From Epiperipatus broadwayi (lineage: Eukaryota > Animalia > Onychophora), in assembly GCA_028023455.1 (NCBI GenBank), contig JAQFVV010000010.1, positions 7,006,001-7,070,000 on the forward strand: a stretch of 64,000 nt of DNA. Direction: 5' to 3'. Position numbers and translations under genes: made by a program. The notes below the pieces were generated by a model, which worked only from the letters and a program-made list of their open reading frames with translations, was not told the DNA's origin and ran no database searches. Shown here one piece after another: positions 1-14,239 of this stretch. Position 1 is the stretch's first letter. Each line of letters starts with the position of its first letter.

Positions 1-584
1 ATGCCTCATTTAAATAAGTAATGTAAATGCAATAAATTAATACAGAAATTTATCACTGTTGTAAATTATAATGCATCAAAAGTACATTAAATTTTCAATA
101 CTGTAAAAAAAATTCTATAAGATTTTTTTGTTGTTGTTTTATTTTAAAACACATGAATACCCTACAACATTATCAAAAGTTAGCTACATTTTTTTTTCAA
201 TACAAGTAGTTATTTCAAAGTAATACTCTTCATTTTCTCAGAAATTTCCACTGATTTTGCTTCTCTGGTCTTTCTCAATTCTATAAAATAACAGATATCT
301 TTTATACTCCAATCTTATCTATATCCTAAACAACTTTTAAAGTAAATAAATAGTTTGCCCTTAGAAAATCATATAATGTCTGATCACAAAAAAAACCAAG
401 CCAAGTTGTGAATGCTTCATGAACCTTTAAATCTCAAGCCTGCTATTTTTCCACTACTCTAAACTATACAGTGCATTTTGTAAAGTTAAAGCAAACTGAA
501 TAATAGTCATGATAAATTTTAAATATATTGCCTCAAAATGCATTCTAAATATTAAAAATTATTTAATACAATTAGAAATAATAC

Positions 585-900
585 AATCAAAGACAGGTCT
601 CAAATTAGTATGATTTCTTAAATATCCTGCTATATATAGCTTTGAAGCTTGGATACTGAAAGAAAAAGACTTGAAGCAATAAATTACCAAAAGAATACAG
701 TAAGGTTGGCTTAAAAAAAAAAAAAGTACTGAGAAAAATATCTCAACGACAAATAATGGCAACATTTGCTAGAAAAACACAAACCATTTTTAGACGTAAA
801 ATAAAAGAACACAATATGAACAACAAAATTCAGTCTAAAAATTGTTTCCAGAAAACAAAAAACCCAAAAAAACTGCTTAATAAGATTCTTTACAAGAATT
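585..900 (+). mobile_element. Decayed RTE-clade LINE fragment (post-RT region)
   Basis: Translates AIYSFEAWILKEKDLK, matching the RTE 'LYGCEAWTL' motif; stops and frameshifts. Confidence 0.45.
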
Positions 901-1179
901 TATGAAAAATGCCAGAGGAATATCATAATTGAAAATGTAAAAAAAATATTTTTAAAATAATTAATGTAATAGTCTTTTAATATTAGAAAAATTGAAAACT
1001 AGATTTTGATGTTACTCACATACAGTGGTTGTAGATCTTTTCCCTTTCAATATATTTTCACTATTCTTTTAGTCAATTCAGATTCTAGTTTTTATAAAAC
1101 TAGAAAAAAATTATATAATCAATAATAAAACATCTTCACATAACTTCTACTAGATATTTATTTTTTAAAAAATACTTAC

Positions 1180-1264
1180 CTTAATAAAAGCATTGTTTCC
1201 TTCTCGACTCCCTCTAGCAATATTAACTTGTCTTAAATGTTGGCCAAACATGCGAAAATTACCT
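1180..1264 (-). CDS. Coding exon G (last visible): (R)GNFRMFGQHLRQVNIARGSREGNNAFIK
   Basis: Acceptor ttgcag, donor gtaagt; 85 nt, phase 2 to phase 0. Confidence 0.88.
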
Positions 1265-1654
1265 CTGCAACACAAACAAAAAATTGTTTTCCTTCAGAAA
1301 TAATTTCAGAATTCAGCAAATACTAAAAGACACTGTAAAAAAGTAATTTTTTTTTTTTTTTGTTTTAAATATTTATTATATAAAAAAACATATGTATGTG
1401 TGTGAATACAGTTTTGAACACAAATATGGTGCTTGTTATTATAATAATGATATTTTAATAAGATCTCATATTTTTTATATGAGTACGGGTAGTTCAGTTG
1501 CTGCTGTTAGACATATTGTAACAAATAACAGACAGCAAATCTCTTTCTTGTTCCATGACAATTTACTAGCAACTCATTTGAGTCATAAATTATATTTCAA
1601 ATATCAATTACCTTTTTTTATATTTTGCAGACCAAAATAGTAGAATACAACAGA

Positions 1655-1740
1655 TTGTGATCCCCCCCCCCCAATAGGAATTAATCCAGAAACTTTTGTT
1701 CTACAGGCATCTGCATTTACCATTGAGCTAATTGTTCATG
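1655..1740 (-). mobile_element. Decayed tRNA-derived SINE head
   Basis: Minus strand has A box TAGCTCAATGGT and degenerate B box GGATTAATTCC at tRNA-like spacing; no full cloverleaf. Confidence 0.45.
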
Positions 1741-2799
1741 ATTGCCTTAATTAACTATTTCCTATAAAATCTCATCAATTTTCCATGCTTTCCTAGTTTT
1801 ATATCTAAGTCAGCTATATTACAAGTTTCACAATATTTTAATATCATTAATCATTTATTTACCCTACTTTTATTTTCACATGATATAGATAAAAACTAAT
1901 TATATTTCCAATTTTTTTAATACACCTATTTTCTTTACTATAAACTTATGCAGTGATACTTGATGACCATTGGTGATAATTTGTCATTGCTCCTAACTTC
2001 TTAATACAATTCATTCTAATATTTTGGTATTTAGAGCTGCATCCTATTGCTTTACTGAGATTTATCACAATTAAAACATACAAGCTATATTTAATATATA
2101 AAATAATGGGTTATCAAAAATTATTAATAATTAACAAATATGCAACATTAAAAAAAGTCAATACAATTTCTTAATTATTATTTTTAATATGTAAGAAAAT
2201 GAGTTATCCAAAAGATATTAATGATAAACAAATATGAAAAACAAAGTAATTAATAAGCTCAATTTATGTATGTTGATTTAAACAAAAAAAAATGATTATC
2301 AATAAAACAACTTAAAATCAATGATTATTTTCTACAGCAATCTTTAAAAACCTTGATGCTAATTATAAAAAATAAAGTAATATCTATTTCTGATAACAAT
2401 GTGCAATAACAGTTACATAACTTTGGATGATATTACTTCTTAAAGTCTGATTGAACTAATTATGACCTGCAAATTATGCAAAAAATTTAACTGTGACTTT
2501 TACAAAGTGATTTGAAATTTTATATTTCTGATCCAAACAAGATGAATAATGATTTAATTAACACAGAAATTGCATGTAAATATGCTAAATTTAAATGTGC
2601 TACATTTTTCCAGCAACGGGCAAAAAAATAAAAGCTCCTTAAATACAGTTCTTCAAATAAAAAACTTCTGATACCATGATGTATATGTCTTTATGTCATT
2701 GTGACTTCTTGATAAATGTAGATATAGAGTAAAATTTAGAAATTTAAAATACTTTAATTAGATATAACTGAATTGCTGCATAAAAGATGACTATGAATT

Positions 2800-3520
2800 A
2801 AATATAATACATTAAATCTGCTTTCCCTAGTACTAATTATTACTATCATGATCAATCATGTTTACTTTTGTCTATTTATCTTCTCAATTCACTGATGAAT
2901 GATCCACGACCTTTTTTTGCATCTATTCCATTTTCTTATTTATATCATTTTATGATCTCATTATAAATCCAAGCTATTTTATTTTTAACTATATTCATAA
3001 AAAGTTTCCATTATTTTTTCTTTAAACAAATTTTGCTATTTATTGAAAGTTATAACTTCTTATAATCTAAAAGTTATTTTGCAATGTTGGCTGCTAAATT
3101 TAAGCTGCCAAAAATATCCATAGGGAATGTGTAATAAATACCTTCAGATATAAGACTTAACTGTGAATAACCAACTAGTGCTTTGTCTGATCAAAAGGAC
3201 TTTTCCAGATTGTAGAATAAGATAATAGGTAACCATTTCTGATACAAGCAGATTTTTCTATCTTCTTTCTGTTATCTTTTATCTAATTATTTTTATACAT
3301 TTAAGTTAATAATCAAAATTATCCCAAATTCAAAACTCAAACAGACTAGTCAAAAAATATAACCTCCCAATCATTACCAAGCCAAGGTCATAATGAATCT
3401 CTGATGCCAGTATTTCTTTCTTATTAACTGTAATAAGGAAATTATATATTTCACAATGAAATTTTCATCCTTTAACGTTGCAGGATTAAAATTGACATTT
3501 TCTTTTATCTACACAAATCG
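2800..3520 (-). mobile_element. Possible decayed L1/Tx1-like ORF2 fragment
   Basis: Minus-strand peptides NFNPATLKDENF and FYNLEK in the order expected after the L1/Tx1 endonuclease; heavily disrupted. Confidence 0.3.
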
Positions 3521-6500
3521 TTAAAGTTAAGAAAGCAATGATGGAAACAAATTTAATAGACTGAACACCTTTAATTATATCTTACATAAGATAGTGCAAT
3601 CAATAAAGAGTCACTTTGGAATTGGATTAGCTCAAAAACATTGATTATATATGTGGGCAGCCCTATATATCCTCTTATTACCATAAAAGTGGAAGGATCT
3701 AGAAATTGTAGTCTAAAAATGGTTTGTCACACATAGACATTAATAGTTGCTTTGAGCAATGGAATCTGCTCTCATTTTATCTTTTGTTTGATAGTACATT
3801 ATTATATCAATACCATTAAAAGACTGATTTTTTTTTTTAAAAAAAAAACTTTAATGCACATATTGTGAGGAACAATAAACTTAAGCCAAAAGTTATTGGA
3901 AACAAGGGCATTTGCTATATAAACATAATTTGCAATATTGAAATTTTTGCATAACACATAAATTGACTACCATTAATATGTTGTACAGTGTAAAAAAAAC
4001 AAACAAACGATTAACTAACTTGAATATATGCTAGCTCAAAATGAAGCAAGAGCCAATATGCAGAAAAAATTTGTATTTCATGAACATCTATTATTGCAAA
4101 TTGTCGAACAGATCACATGCTAATGTATTTCAAGGTTAAAATGATAATTATAATAAATAAAGAGTTACTATTCCAAATATATAGATATGAAATTTCATGT
4201 TTATTTTTAGAAGCATCTACTATATGTTTTAAATTTTAACAATTATTAAACCACTAAACTTATTAATTTAAAAAGATTTTCAAGATTATGTTACTGAACA
4301 TAAAATTTTCATAAAGAGTATATTGTGAATATAAGTAACTCCATAAATCATTATAAAAAATGTTAACTATTACTCTGATAATGGTTCTATTGTTGTTATT
4401 TAATTTTTAAAAAAAAACGTATGGTATTTTTAGCTTAACACAATAACTTAATGTGAAACTTCATAATCAATAAACAGGTTTGAAGACTGAAATTTGAAAA
4501 CTGATAAGAAGACTTAAATATATTTGATGGATTAAAGATGCAAAGTAGATATAATTATTTGCAAATCAAGGACATGTCAGATCTTTTTTCTTGCATTGAA
4601 AGTAATATATGAATCTAAAAAATGATATCATAATCCTAATAAATCTGTGGATAATGCTTTTTCAGATGATGATTTTAAAGAGGTAGAGAGATTATTTTAA
4701 TTACTCTTTGAGTAATGACATATATTATAACAGTATGACACAACCTCCCAACTCTAACTGCCATGACAGGGCACCACTAGGCTATTCGAACCTAGAAAAT
4801 TTATAAAGACAGCAGATATTTTCAGGTGAGGTTCGACTTTTATCTAACTGAAAGCACCAGTCACTAGCTCAGGGAAAAGCTAAGTTTATAATATCATGCT
4901 GTATATTTAAAATTTCAAATTCTTAATTTTTAAAATATTATTAATAAAATATATATATAATAAGTTACTGTCAAAATTTAATTAAACAAAACATTTTATT
5001 ATTATGCACACACCCACACATTAATACAAACATCTGGAGATTAAATTAACTATCAAATATATTTGATTTAAATTATATGAACAGATGGGTACACTCAATA
5101 GATTTAATACAATTTTAATATTTTGCTAAGCATAAATACGCTACATAGAATATGCATATAACTAACTTAATCCCTTTTAACTTTAGGCTAAAATTTTGCA
5201 TTTAAACCAACTTTAGCTTACTTATATACTAATGTGACCAATGCAAAATTAGATTGTTAGCATAACACAATCATACTGACAGGAATTTACATCTTTAGCA
5301 TAATATCATTAGAGAAATAATAAATCATGGTGGAAAGAAATGAGCATCTTCCCCATGAACATTAATAAATTTCACCGACAGGAATGATCCACTGCCCAAT
5401 TGGTGATACAAACATGAAATCATTTGAAATATATATAAAAGAGATGCTCTATAAATGGGGATAGTGGTCTTTGCTGGCTTACTGTCCCAACCAGAGTGTA
5501 AGAAAATCAATAGCATAGGAAACACATCTACAACCATAGACAACACGATGGCTACTATTTTAGGCCATGCATTCAGGTGAGTATTATGCCCTGTATGCTA
5601 ACACAGCACAAGGAAACAAGTATTCAATGCGTCTACCCAGATTACATTGACATAAAACATCTGTATATCTTCCTACCAACACCAATTCAACTACGAAACA
5701 ATTAGCCCAAAATTAACAAACCTAAACTAACATAATCTTACAAATCTATGCAGCCATTTATGCCTATTTTAAAGTTATTAATTCAAATAAAATTAACATG
5801 AATAGCAAACACATATATAAAAAATATAATAAATAATTTAAAATTTTAGTCAGATAAGAGATTTCTTTTAAAAATTAAGTGACATTTAAAATTACTATTT
5901 GAAAAGTTTGTATTATATAATTAAAGTTCATATTTCATTTAAAGCAAAAGTTCATAATTTCCAATGCTGTAGATTTATTGAAGTCCGTCTTTGCAGTCCT
6001 TAATATGTCACACAACTCCATTCGAAGATCCTTTCACCTAATATGAATATTATTCTTGGGAAGGCAAGTCCATCATTTGTCACTTTCCAGGAACCATCAT
6101 TCTGGAGGCTGCCTCAGCTGGTGCAAATACGGGAAATGTAATTTATTAAATGACTCCTACATTTTGAAGATCCGCAATGCACATAAGAAATATGTTTAAT
6201 AAAGATGCAATCAGCAAGAGCCATTCAAACTTAAAAGTTTTCTTTTTATATCATTTTGAATTCTTATCATCAAATTCCAAAATTGATCTTGCCTGGCTTG
6301 GTGCTGCTCTCATTGGCGATGATGACTTTTTCTCTGTGGACCGTGTGTTCATTTCCATCATTATTGGACAGCTTGCTTTAGGGAAAGAACTCAAAATTTT
6401 ATCACTAATATTTTTTACTTTATCTCTTATCTGACTTACTTACAATCAGTTAAATGCTCAAGGGCCTGTTTGCTATTACAACATTATAAAAAATCATTTC

Positions 6501-8289
6501 CATTCTAAGATTAAAAATAACTTTTAACTTTAACTAATTAATAGCTTTTTTTTTTATTCTTTTATAATAAAATCAATCTTGTTTTTTAAATTTTTAACTT
6601 TAAATAATTATATAATTAGTTTGCCATCTGTGCATTATATATATATTAATTTAAATAAAATTTTTATTATTTTTTTTTCTATATATATTTCTATTTGGGA
6701 GTGATTTTATTTATAGATCTTTTCCACTTTTATTTGAAAGTGATGTAATGGCATATACGTATATAGTTACAATATAGACTAACATTATTTCAAAATATTG
6801 AATTTATAAAGTTAATTTTGGTTTAAAAATTTTTTAGAAATGCTCAAAGTAACTCAAATATAAACTTCTAATGTATATTAGTAAAATAGAAAATGTTTAA
6901 AAATTAAATGTAATGTCTTAACGTAACCTAAATGCATCTTATTAGTGATTATTCCTTAAATAAATTTAAATAATTTTATAAAAAAATAAAATAAAGAAAT
7001 TTAAATTCATTGCCTATATTTACATGATTATAAAAAAAATTTGCATTGGTAAAGACCAGAAATTCAAATAATTTACAGTAATAAAACTGCACCATATTTG
7101 TATATCATAAAACTGGTAGTAAAAAGAGAAATACTTAAAAACTTATTTTATTATTTACCTGTATACTTTTATAAAAAATTAATTAAGTAAAAAAACTATA
7201 TTTAAATATATTAACTACTTATATTTACTTGACATTTAACATTACTAAGTAGTAAAAATCCAAAATAAAAGTTGATGGTGCTTTAGATTTTTTTCAAAAA
7301 TTAGTTGAATGTAAAAATTATTGTTCAATGAAAATTCTTTTTCTGTTTACATTTTCAAAATAAATATTTGGTGAAAAATGCAAAATTATCAGTTTTATAT
7401 TTGGCACAGAAATGAGAATAAATAAAAGTAAAATAATATGACTTTTTAACAATTCAACTTTTTCAATGAACAGAAATTGTATTCTGTATTTCAATATCAA
7501 AATAGTTAAAAAACTTTGTGGGCACCATATTTTTTAATCAAGTTTTGGCGGGGTTTTCAAAATAAACTTTAAGTATACATTACAAATGTTTTGGATTCAG
7601 TTATAAAAAATTGCAGATAACTACATGTTCATGTAGATTACAAGCAAATTAAATTTAAACACAATATGATTCTGATTTATCACATTATGTTATATAAAAT
7701 GGTTGATACAATCATGCTTTAACATTAAAATTGTTTTCATTCTTTTTCAAAGTTTTTATTCAATTAATTTTCATAGAATTTAAAATAATTGTTTTACGAT
7801 GCTACTTTATATCAAATGGCTAATGCAACCAGCTTGAATTAGAACAATCACCACTTTTTTTCTCAATTTTTTTTATTGTTTTTGAAAATGAATTTTTAAC
7901 ATAGAATGATATATATTTTGATTTTGGCTATCATACAATATTAGGAGTAAATACCTATTCATGCAACTTATGAATAAATTTAACTTCATAAAAAAATATA
8001 TGACAAGGATGCTAAATTCATAGACTGCATGTTTGGATTTTTAAAATTTATAATAACAAAGTCTCCTCATTCAATAAAAACTGTCATTGCATTTTTTCCA
8101 ATGCTTTTTACTATGCAAATAAATTTTTAAAAATTATAAAATTTCTGGTAAGTTAGACATAGATTGACTCAGCTCATAAATTTCCAAAATCCTCATAAAA
8201 ATAATGAATTGGAAAAAAAGACACTACAACTTGGTACTAGGTATATAATGTTATTGAAAAATGCTGGAAAATGAGAAAATCTAAAAAGG

Positions 8290-9180
8290 ATAAAATGAAA
8301 ATAAATAATACTTATGTTATGGGATTAAATGAAATAAGATAGGAGAAATGTGAAGAAGTAAATATTGGGGTTTTTGTTTAATTCTAGAGGTGATGGAGCA
8401 GTAAATGGAGTTGATAGTTAAAGAAAAAATTTAGAATAGTGTGACAAAGGTAGATTATGTTGATGAGAATAACTGCAAGTCCTACAGATTTGGTATTTAT
8501 ACAAGTTTATATGTCAGCCATGTGTCATGGTGAGGATATAGAAATAGAGAACAGTAGAAAAAGACAGGAAATAATACAACAGGAATGAAAAATTGGAATG
8601 TTATTATGGGAAAAGACAAAAAAAGGAAAAATTGTTGCGAATTATAATATTAGAAAAAGAAATGAAAAATTAAGTCAGCTTGTGAAATTCTATTAAAGAG
8701 AAACGATCCAAGAATGTACACTTATGAAAAGTTCCAGATAATAAAGATATCAGATATATCAATTACATATTGATACAGAATTAAAATTGAATCTAAAAAA
8801 AGATGAAAAGAGGGAAAAGATATGCATGTTGGGATTTGAAAAAAATTTGAGAGGAATGAAAAAAAGGGAAGATTTAGTTTCATAATGTGAAAAATAATAA
8901 AGAGGATTGATAAATATAAGGAATATATGAATGATTCTGATATAATATATTAAAAATAATTCAATAAAAAATTATTTACTAAGACAACTTTTGTAATAAT
9001 ATTATGTTTAATTAACCTCACCATATATATATATTCATATATCATTTTTTGATATATGAATGATTCTGATAAATGTTGATATAGTATTAAAGGGGAAATA
9101 CAAAAAATGCTAAAAATATAATAGGAATGTTGATGGAAAAGACAAAAAAATGTCAATAGTGAGGAAGGCCAAATGTCCAT
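8290..9180 (+). mobile_element. Decayed RTE-clade LINE, AP-endonuclease region
   Basis: Peptides MGLNEIR, LVFIQVYMS, WNVIMGK, RMYT..SS.DNK..RYINYILI; purine-rich + strand; many stops. Confidence 0.55.
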
Positions 9181-9589
9181 GTAAAATCTTTAATAATGAG
9201 TTAAGAAGAGAAATAGCTGCAGATAGGAATTTGCTATTAACTGAAAGGAGACCCTTTGATTCCTCTTGGAGGCCTTAAAAAAACCGAGCAGGGTAAATTT
9301 CTAATGTCCACTCCATACTTTCTTGTCATTGTAGTTGTTATTACTATATGATTATTTATATAGTATATGAACATGGATGGGCTGCTCATCAACACGCATT
9401 AGCCAATGTGATGAGTTTATATGCTTTTTACCTCTGAGTTTAAGATTGAGGCACACCATGATCTTTCTTCTCAGTTACCTGATAGCTCTTAACTGAAGTA
9501 TCACTTGAGTTTTCTTGAAAAAAGAATGAATGTGTATGTGAATGACTTTTTTTTTTCCAACAGATATTTACAATCATAACAGATAAAAA

Positions 9590-11895
9590 TAAATCATGGC
9601 CCTTATTCCCAGGAGGCTGTAAAGTTACCAGCTAAGGCAATAGTGGTGGCCAAAGGTGGAGGATACTAAAAATCTCCTGATTGCAGACCCAGGTTGCCAT
9701 TTGATGATGATCTTTTATTTAGGTACTTACAACTGCAGATCATTTTAAAGTGAATGAAGATTGCAAGAACTGGAAAAAAAACTGTCTAATATTAAATGGG
9801 ACATAAATGAACTTTGTGAAGTTAGAAAAGGTGAAAAGACAATCAATTTAAAAAGTGAATAAGTACTGCACTATAAAGGCACAAACAATAGAAGTACAAA
9901 TGGGGTAGGATTCATTATAGATAAAAAGTGGAAGAACAACATTGTGGAGATTGATATATTGGACAGAGTGGCAAGATTAGTTATTCAACTTAATACCAGA
10001 TATAAAATGCAGCTAATTCAAGTTTATGTCCAAACAAGTTCTCATTGTGATGAAGAAATAAAAATTTTATATGGATGTACAAAAGGCTTTTTTTTTTGAT
10101 AAGACCAAACAACATTTTAAAATTGTCATGGAAGATTTTAATGCTAAAATTGGTAAATAATTGAAAGGTGAAAGTGCTTAGGTAAATTTGGTTACAGTGA
10201 TAGAAATGAGAGAGGACATAGAGTTGTGAAGTTTGCAGAAAAGAAAAACTTTATATTAAGAATTCTTTTTTTGAGAAAAATATTAAATGGAAATGGACAT
10301 GGAAGCATCTAAATGAAAGTTCAACAGAATTGGATTATACTTTGATTAACAGAAAATATGTTATTTTAAGATTGTAGTCTTCTTAATAAATTCAACATAA
10401 GAAATGATCATCAATTAGTGAAATGTAAGTTACATGATAAATTAATGCAAAATTAGAGAGACAAAAATTATTAAGAAAAACAATATTCATAGTTTATATA
10501 CATAATCTTCAGAAATATAAATGAGAAATTGGAAATCGTTTTCAAATATTAATAGATTTTGAACATGATTCAGATTTGAATGAAATTAATATGAAGATAA
10601 CTGATACATTTTTAAAAACTGCTACAAAGATAGTTGTTATAAAAAAAGCAGCAATTGACCAGATAAAATTTCTAAGACAAGAAAATTTATAAAGAAAAGA
10701 AAAAATATGAAAATATATAAAAATGACGCATTAAAAAGGATTGAATATCTTGAATTTTATAAAATGGTATGACATAAGAGTTGATAATGATATAAGAAAG
10801 TATAATTGTAAATTACACTATAAAAAAAAAAAACAGTTTCAAGAGTGTAAAACAATATCTTGATATTGGTAGGAAACTTATTTCCATAATAAGAAAAAAA
10901 GATGTAACTATTACTAATAAAGAGAAATGACATCATGAGATGTGAAAAAGAGTCCTATCAAGAATTATATAGCAATAAAAAACAAAAAAAAAGTATTTCC
11001 TGCAACTATTATATTTTTTGAATTGCCCAAGCTTTTAAAAGAAGTGAGACATGCAATTAAATTTATGAAGAAAGGGAAAGCTCCAGGTAAAGATGGAAAT
11101 ATAATTGAGATCTTAAAAGAAGCAGATGAAAAAATAGAAAAATTTCTGACAAAGTTATATACCAAATGTCTAAATGATAAAGATGTACCAAATGATTGGA
11201 AGAATGATGTGTTAATATCAATATTTTAAAAAGGTGCTACAGAAGATATTAGAAATTACAGAATTATCAGTTCTATACAAAATTTTTACCAAAATAATTA
11301 CAACTCCTCTATAGTGAACTAAGGATTTTAACCAACCAAAAGAACAAGCTGGATTTAAAAATAGTTTTAGTACAGTAGATTATATCCAAGTATTGAGAGA
11401 AATTATAGAAAATACCAATAAATATGAGTTGCCATTATGCTTTGGATTTATAGATTATGAAAAGACATTTGATTCTATAAACATTTCTCAGTGATTAAAG
11501 CATTGGATCATCAAGATATAGATCCAGGATATTGTCATATTCTGAAGAATATTTATAAAAATGCAACAGCAAAAGTTAGATTACATAATGATACTAAAAA
11601 GATTAACATTAAGAAGGCTGTATGTCAGGGTGGTTCCACATCTCCAAAACTGTTTTTATAGCCGTGCAAAAAATTTTGTACATTAAAATGAAAAGCTAAT
11701 GGAGTAAAAGTAAATAGAAATTATTTAAGTCAGCTAGATTTTACAGATGATGCAGTTGCTTTTGAAAATAATGCTTTAGAGCTTCAGGAAATGTTACAAG
11801 AGTTATCAGATGAAAGTAAGAAAATAGGATTAAAGACAAATGATAAAAAGACTAAAGTAATGTTCAATGGATTGGCAGTAAGCTGACTACCTGAA
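9590..11895 (+). mobile_element. RTE-clade LINE, decayed endonuclease + reverse transcriptase, 3'-truncated
   Basis: GTYNCRS, NIKWDI, NGVGFIIDKK, IQVY (APE); KGKAPGKDG, DWKN, KKG..EDIRNYR, QPKEQAGF, FIDYEKTFDSI, QGGSTSPKLF, DFTDD (RT); includes track ORF 10942..11229. Confidence 0.92.
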
Positions 11896-12096
11896 AAAAA
11901 AAAAGATTAAACTTGATTGAAATTTTTTCAAAGTTTTTACCCAATCTAGGTTCAACTCCACATATTTCTTCATAAAAAAAAAAAAAAATGTACTTTCTAT
12001 AAAACAATCACTATTTTAAAAACAAGTATTAGTATAAAAATAAATTTAGATTTATTATATTTTATTTATATTATTTTAATAAAATAAATATTATAC

Positions 12097-12254
12097 CTCC
12101 CTGAATCCTCCATTTTCAAAAGACAAGGTGGTGGCTGAATTCGCTCCTTGTCTGGTTTCCATTCTTTTAGAGTTGTAATGGCTTTATGATTTTCTTGAAG
12201 AATAGCATAACTGAGTGCATTGTATTGTTGATCTATACTACGGCAATAATGAGG
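12097..12254 (-). CDS. Coding exon F: PHYCRSIDQQYNALSYAILQENHKAITTLKEWKPDKERIQPPPCLLKMEDSG (ankyrin-like)
   Basis: Acceptor tatttcag, donor gtataa; 158 nt, phase 0 to phase 2; inside track ORF 12066..12290. Confidence 0.9.
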
Positions 12255-12317
12255 CTGAAATATATATATATATTTATTAGTAATATTCAAATATAAATGT
12301 AATTAATATTGTTTATC

Positions 12318-12595
12318 AACTCCAAAGCAATCTTAACATGCGAATTGGCAATCAAGGTTAGTTATAATTCCATTCATCTATTGCTTATACCTCTTGTATT
12401 ACAATAAAATGTACATCAATTTTTTTTAACTGCTAATTAAATTCAGTCAATTAAACTCCAAAGCAATCTTAACATGTGAATTGGCAATCAAGGTTAGTTA
12501 TAATTCCATTCATCTATTGCTTATATCTCTTGTGTTACAATAAAATGCACACCAATTTTTTTTAACAACTGCTAATTAAATTCAGTCAATTAAAC
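12318..12595. repeat. Tandem duplication, 2 x ~136-140 bp, highly similar
   Basis: aactccaaagcaatcttaacatg... starts at 12318 and again at 12454; only a few substitutions and one small indel. Confidence 0.95.
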
Positions 12596-12995
12596 CTGGC
12601 AAATCATTTTGTTGCCTATGAAGTGGAATAGATCATTTTATATTTCCAAGACCAAAAAAAAAAATACTTGAAAAATTGGATCAATTAGTATATAGCATCA
12701 AATTACATGTTACTAAGATTGCATATATTAATAACATAAGTTTTATATCCAAATATACCTCTATCTTGGAAAACAAGCTCAACTGGTTCCCCAAAATGCT
12801 TAATAAATCAAAAATCTCACATAAAAAATAAATAATTATAATGAATTCCTATGAGAAAAAATTTATTTCATTATCTTACATCAAAATATATAAAAATCAA
12901 ATTAAAAAAAATAAAGCTTGAAATTGAAATAAGTATTAATTAATGAATAAACAATTTTATTAAGCATATTTATTGAAAAAAAAAAAAATTACAGG

Positions 12996-13114
12996 TTTTT
13001 TTTTTTTTTTTTCCATATGTCTAGCATCGGCCAGGAAGCGAACCCACAACCGTCTGCAACCAACTACTTGCTTGCAAGGCAGCTGCGATGACCTCTCGAC
13101 TAACAACGCTTGAC
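12996..13114 (-). mobile_element. tRNA-derived SINE with poly(A) tail (copy 1)
   Basis: Closely similar to 57723-57840; A box TAGTCGAGAGG, B box GGGTTCGCTTCC, poly-T on + strand. Confidence 0.8.
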
Positions 13115-14112
13115 AATAATTATAGTTTTACATTGATGGACTGCTATTTTGCATTTTACATAGCCAGAGAATATTTCCTGAATCAAGATTCATTAAAACA
13201 TATATATATAAAATAACAGAAATATACATTTTAAAACTTGTTTTTGGTGCACTTTATGTTCTATTATCAAAGTTTTTTTTTATTTTCGTAATATATAATT
13301 AATAAAACTTTGATATTTTTTTGCAATGAAGTGAATCTTTTTTTTAAGGTAACAGTTTGCAAATGTATTTTACATATGTGTGGTCAAAATTAAATAAAAA
13401 ATAAATAAGGAAATGTAAAGTCCAGTTGATTGCTATAGTGTTAATAATGTACATAATTAAAACTTTTTTATTTTATTTTTTATGGCCACTACTGTATTTT
13501 TATGTTTGTGATAAAAACTGCCATTGTATAATAAGTGAAAAACAAACTATAAGATAATTGATTTGATCATATATAGTTGATTATTAACTGCATAAGGCAC
13601 GAAATTATTTTTATTTCTCTTTTTTTTAAATCCAAAATAATTTCACTTATGATGATTTACTATGATCATAATTTCTCCGCAAGAAAAATAACATTCTTAA
13701 GAATTTTAATCTAAAATTTGTTGAGTGAATATATTAAAACTAATGTAACAGTTTAAAAGTTATTATTTATCTACTTTGTTACTAAGTGCTTTTAATTTTG
13801 TATTGTATTATTTTTCTTTGGTTGCTGGTGAAAATCTTAACTTTGGTAACACTGATTGTCTTGCGAGGATACAAAATGAAAATTAATTAAGTACATTAAT
13901 AATATTTTAATTCTATAATTATAACATATTATATACTGTACAATGAATAAACTTTGTATAGACTGTACATTTTTATTGCGAAAGTAACTATTTCATCCTT
14001 GGATGATATAAGTATAATGAAATTCACTATCCTATAATGTCATCAATTTTACAAAATGTAGATGTTTTTAAAAAAAATGTTTTCAATTTTTTTTTAAAAA
14101 ATTATTGTAGCA

Positions 14113-14170
14113 CATCATCATCATCATCATTGTCAACCAAATTCACTGCAGGATGAAGCACTCTTCAAGT
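14113..14170 (-). mobile_element. 3' tip of an RTE LINE with (GAT)n tail
   Basis: Minus strand ...cttcatcctgcagtg... ('F.LQW' C-terminal motif) followed by (gat)n. Confidence 0.5.
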
Positions 14171-14239
14171 TCAAATCATCCAATGATAAAATAGTTACTT
14201 TCACAATAAATATGTACAATCAATACTAAGTTTATTATA

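Noticed and set aside
9379-9415. Pseudoknot-like pairing (GGCTG/TAGCC with CTCATCA/TGATGAG) upstream of the RTE element, considered as an HDV-like ribozyme
   Set aside because: No room for P3/L3, P1.1 or P4, so the HDV topology cannot be built
12996-13114. tRNA gene calls for this element and for 57723-57840 and 1655-1740
   Set aside because: No acceptor stem or complete cloverleaf; poly(A) tail and TSD indicate SINEs
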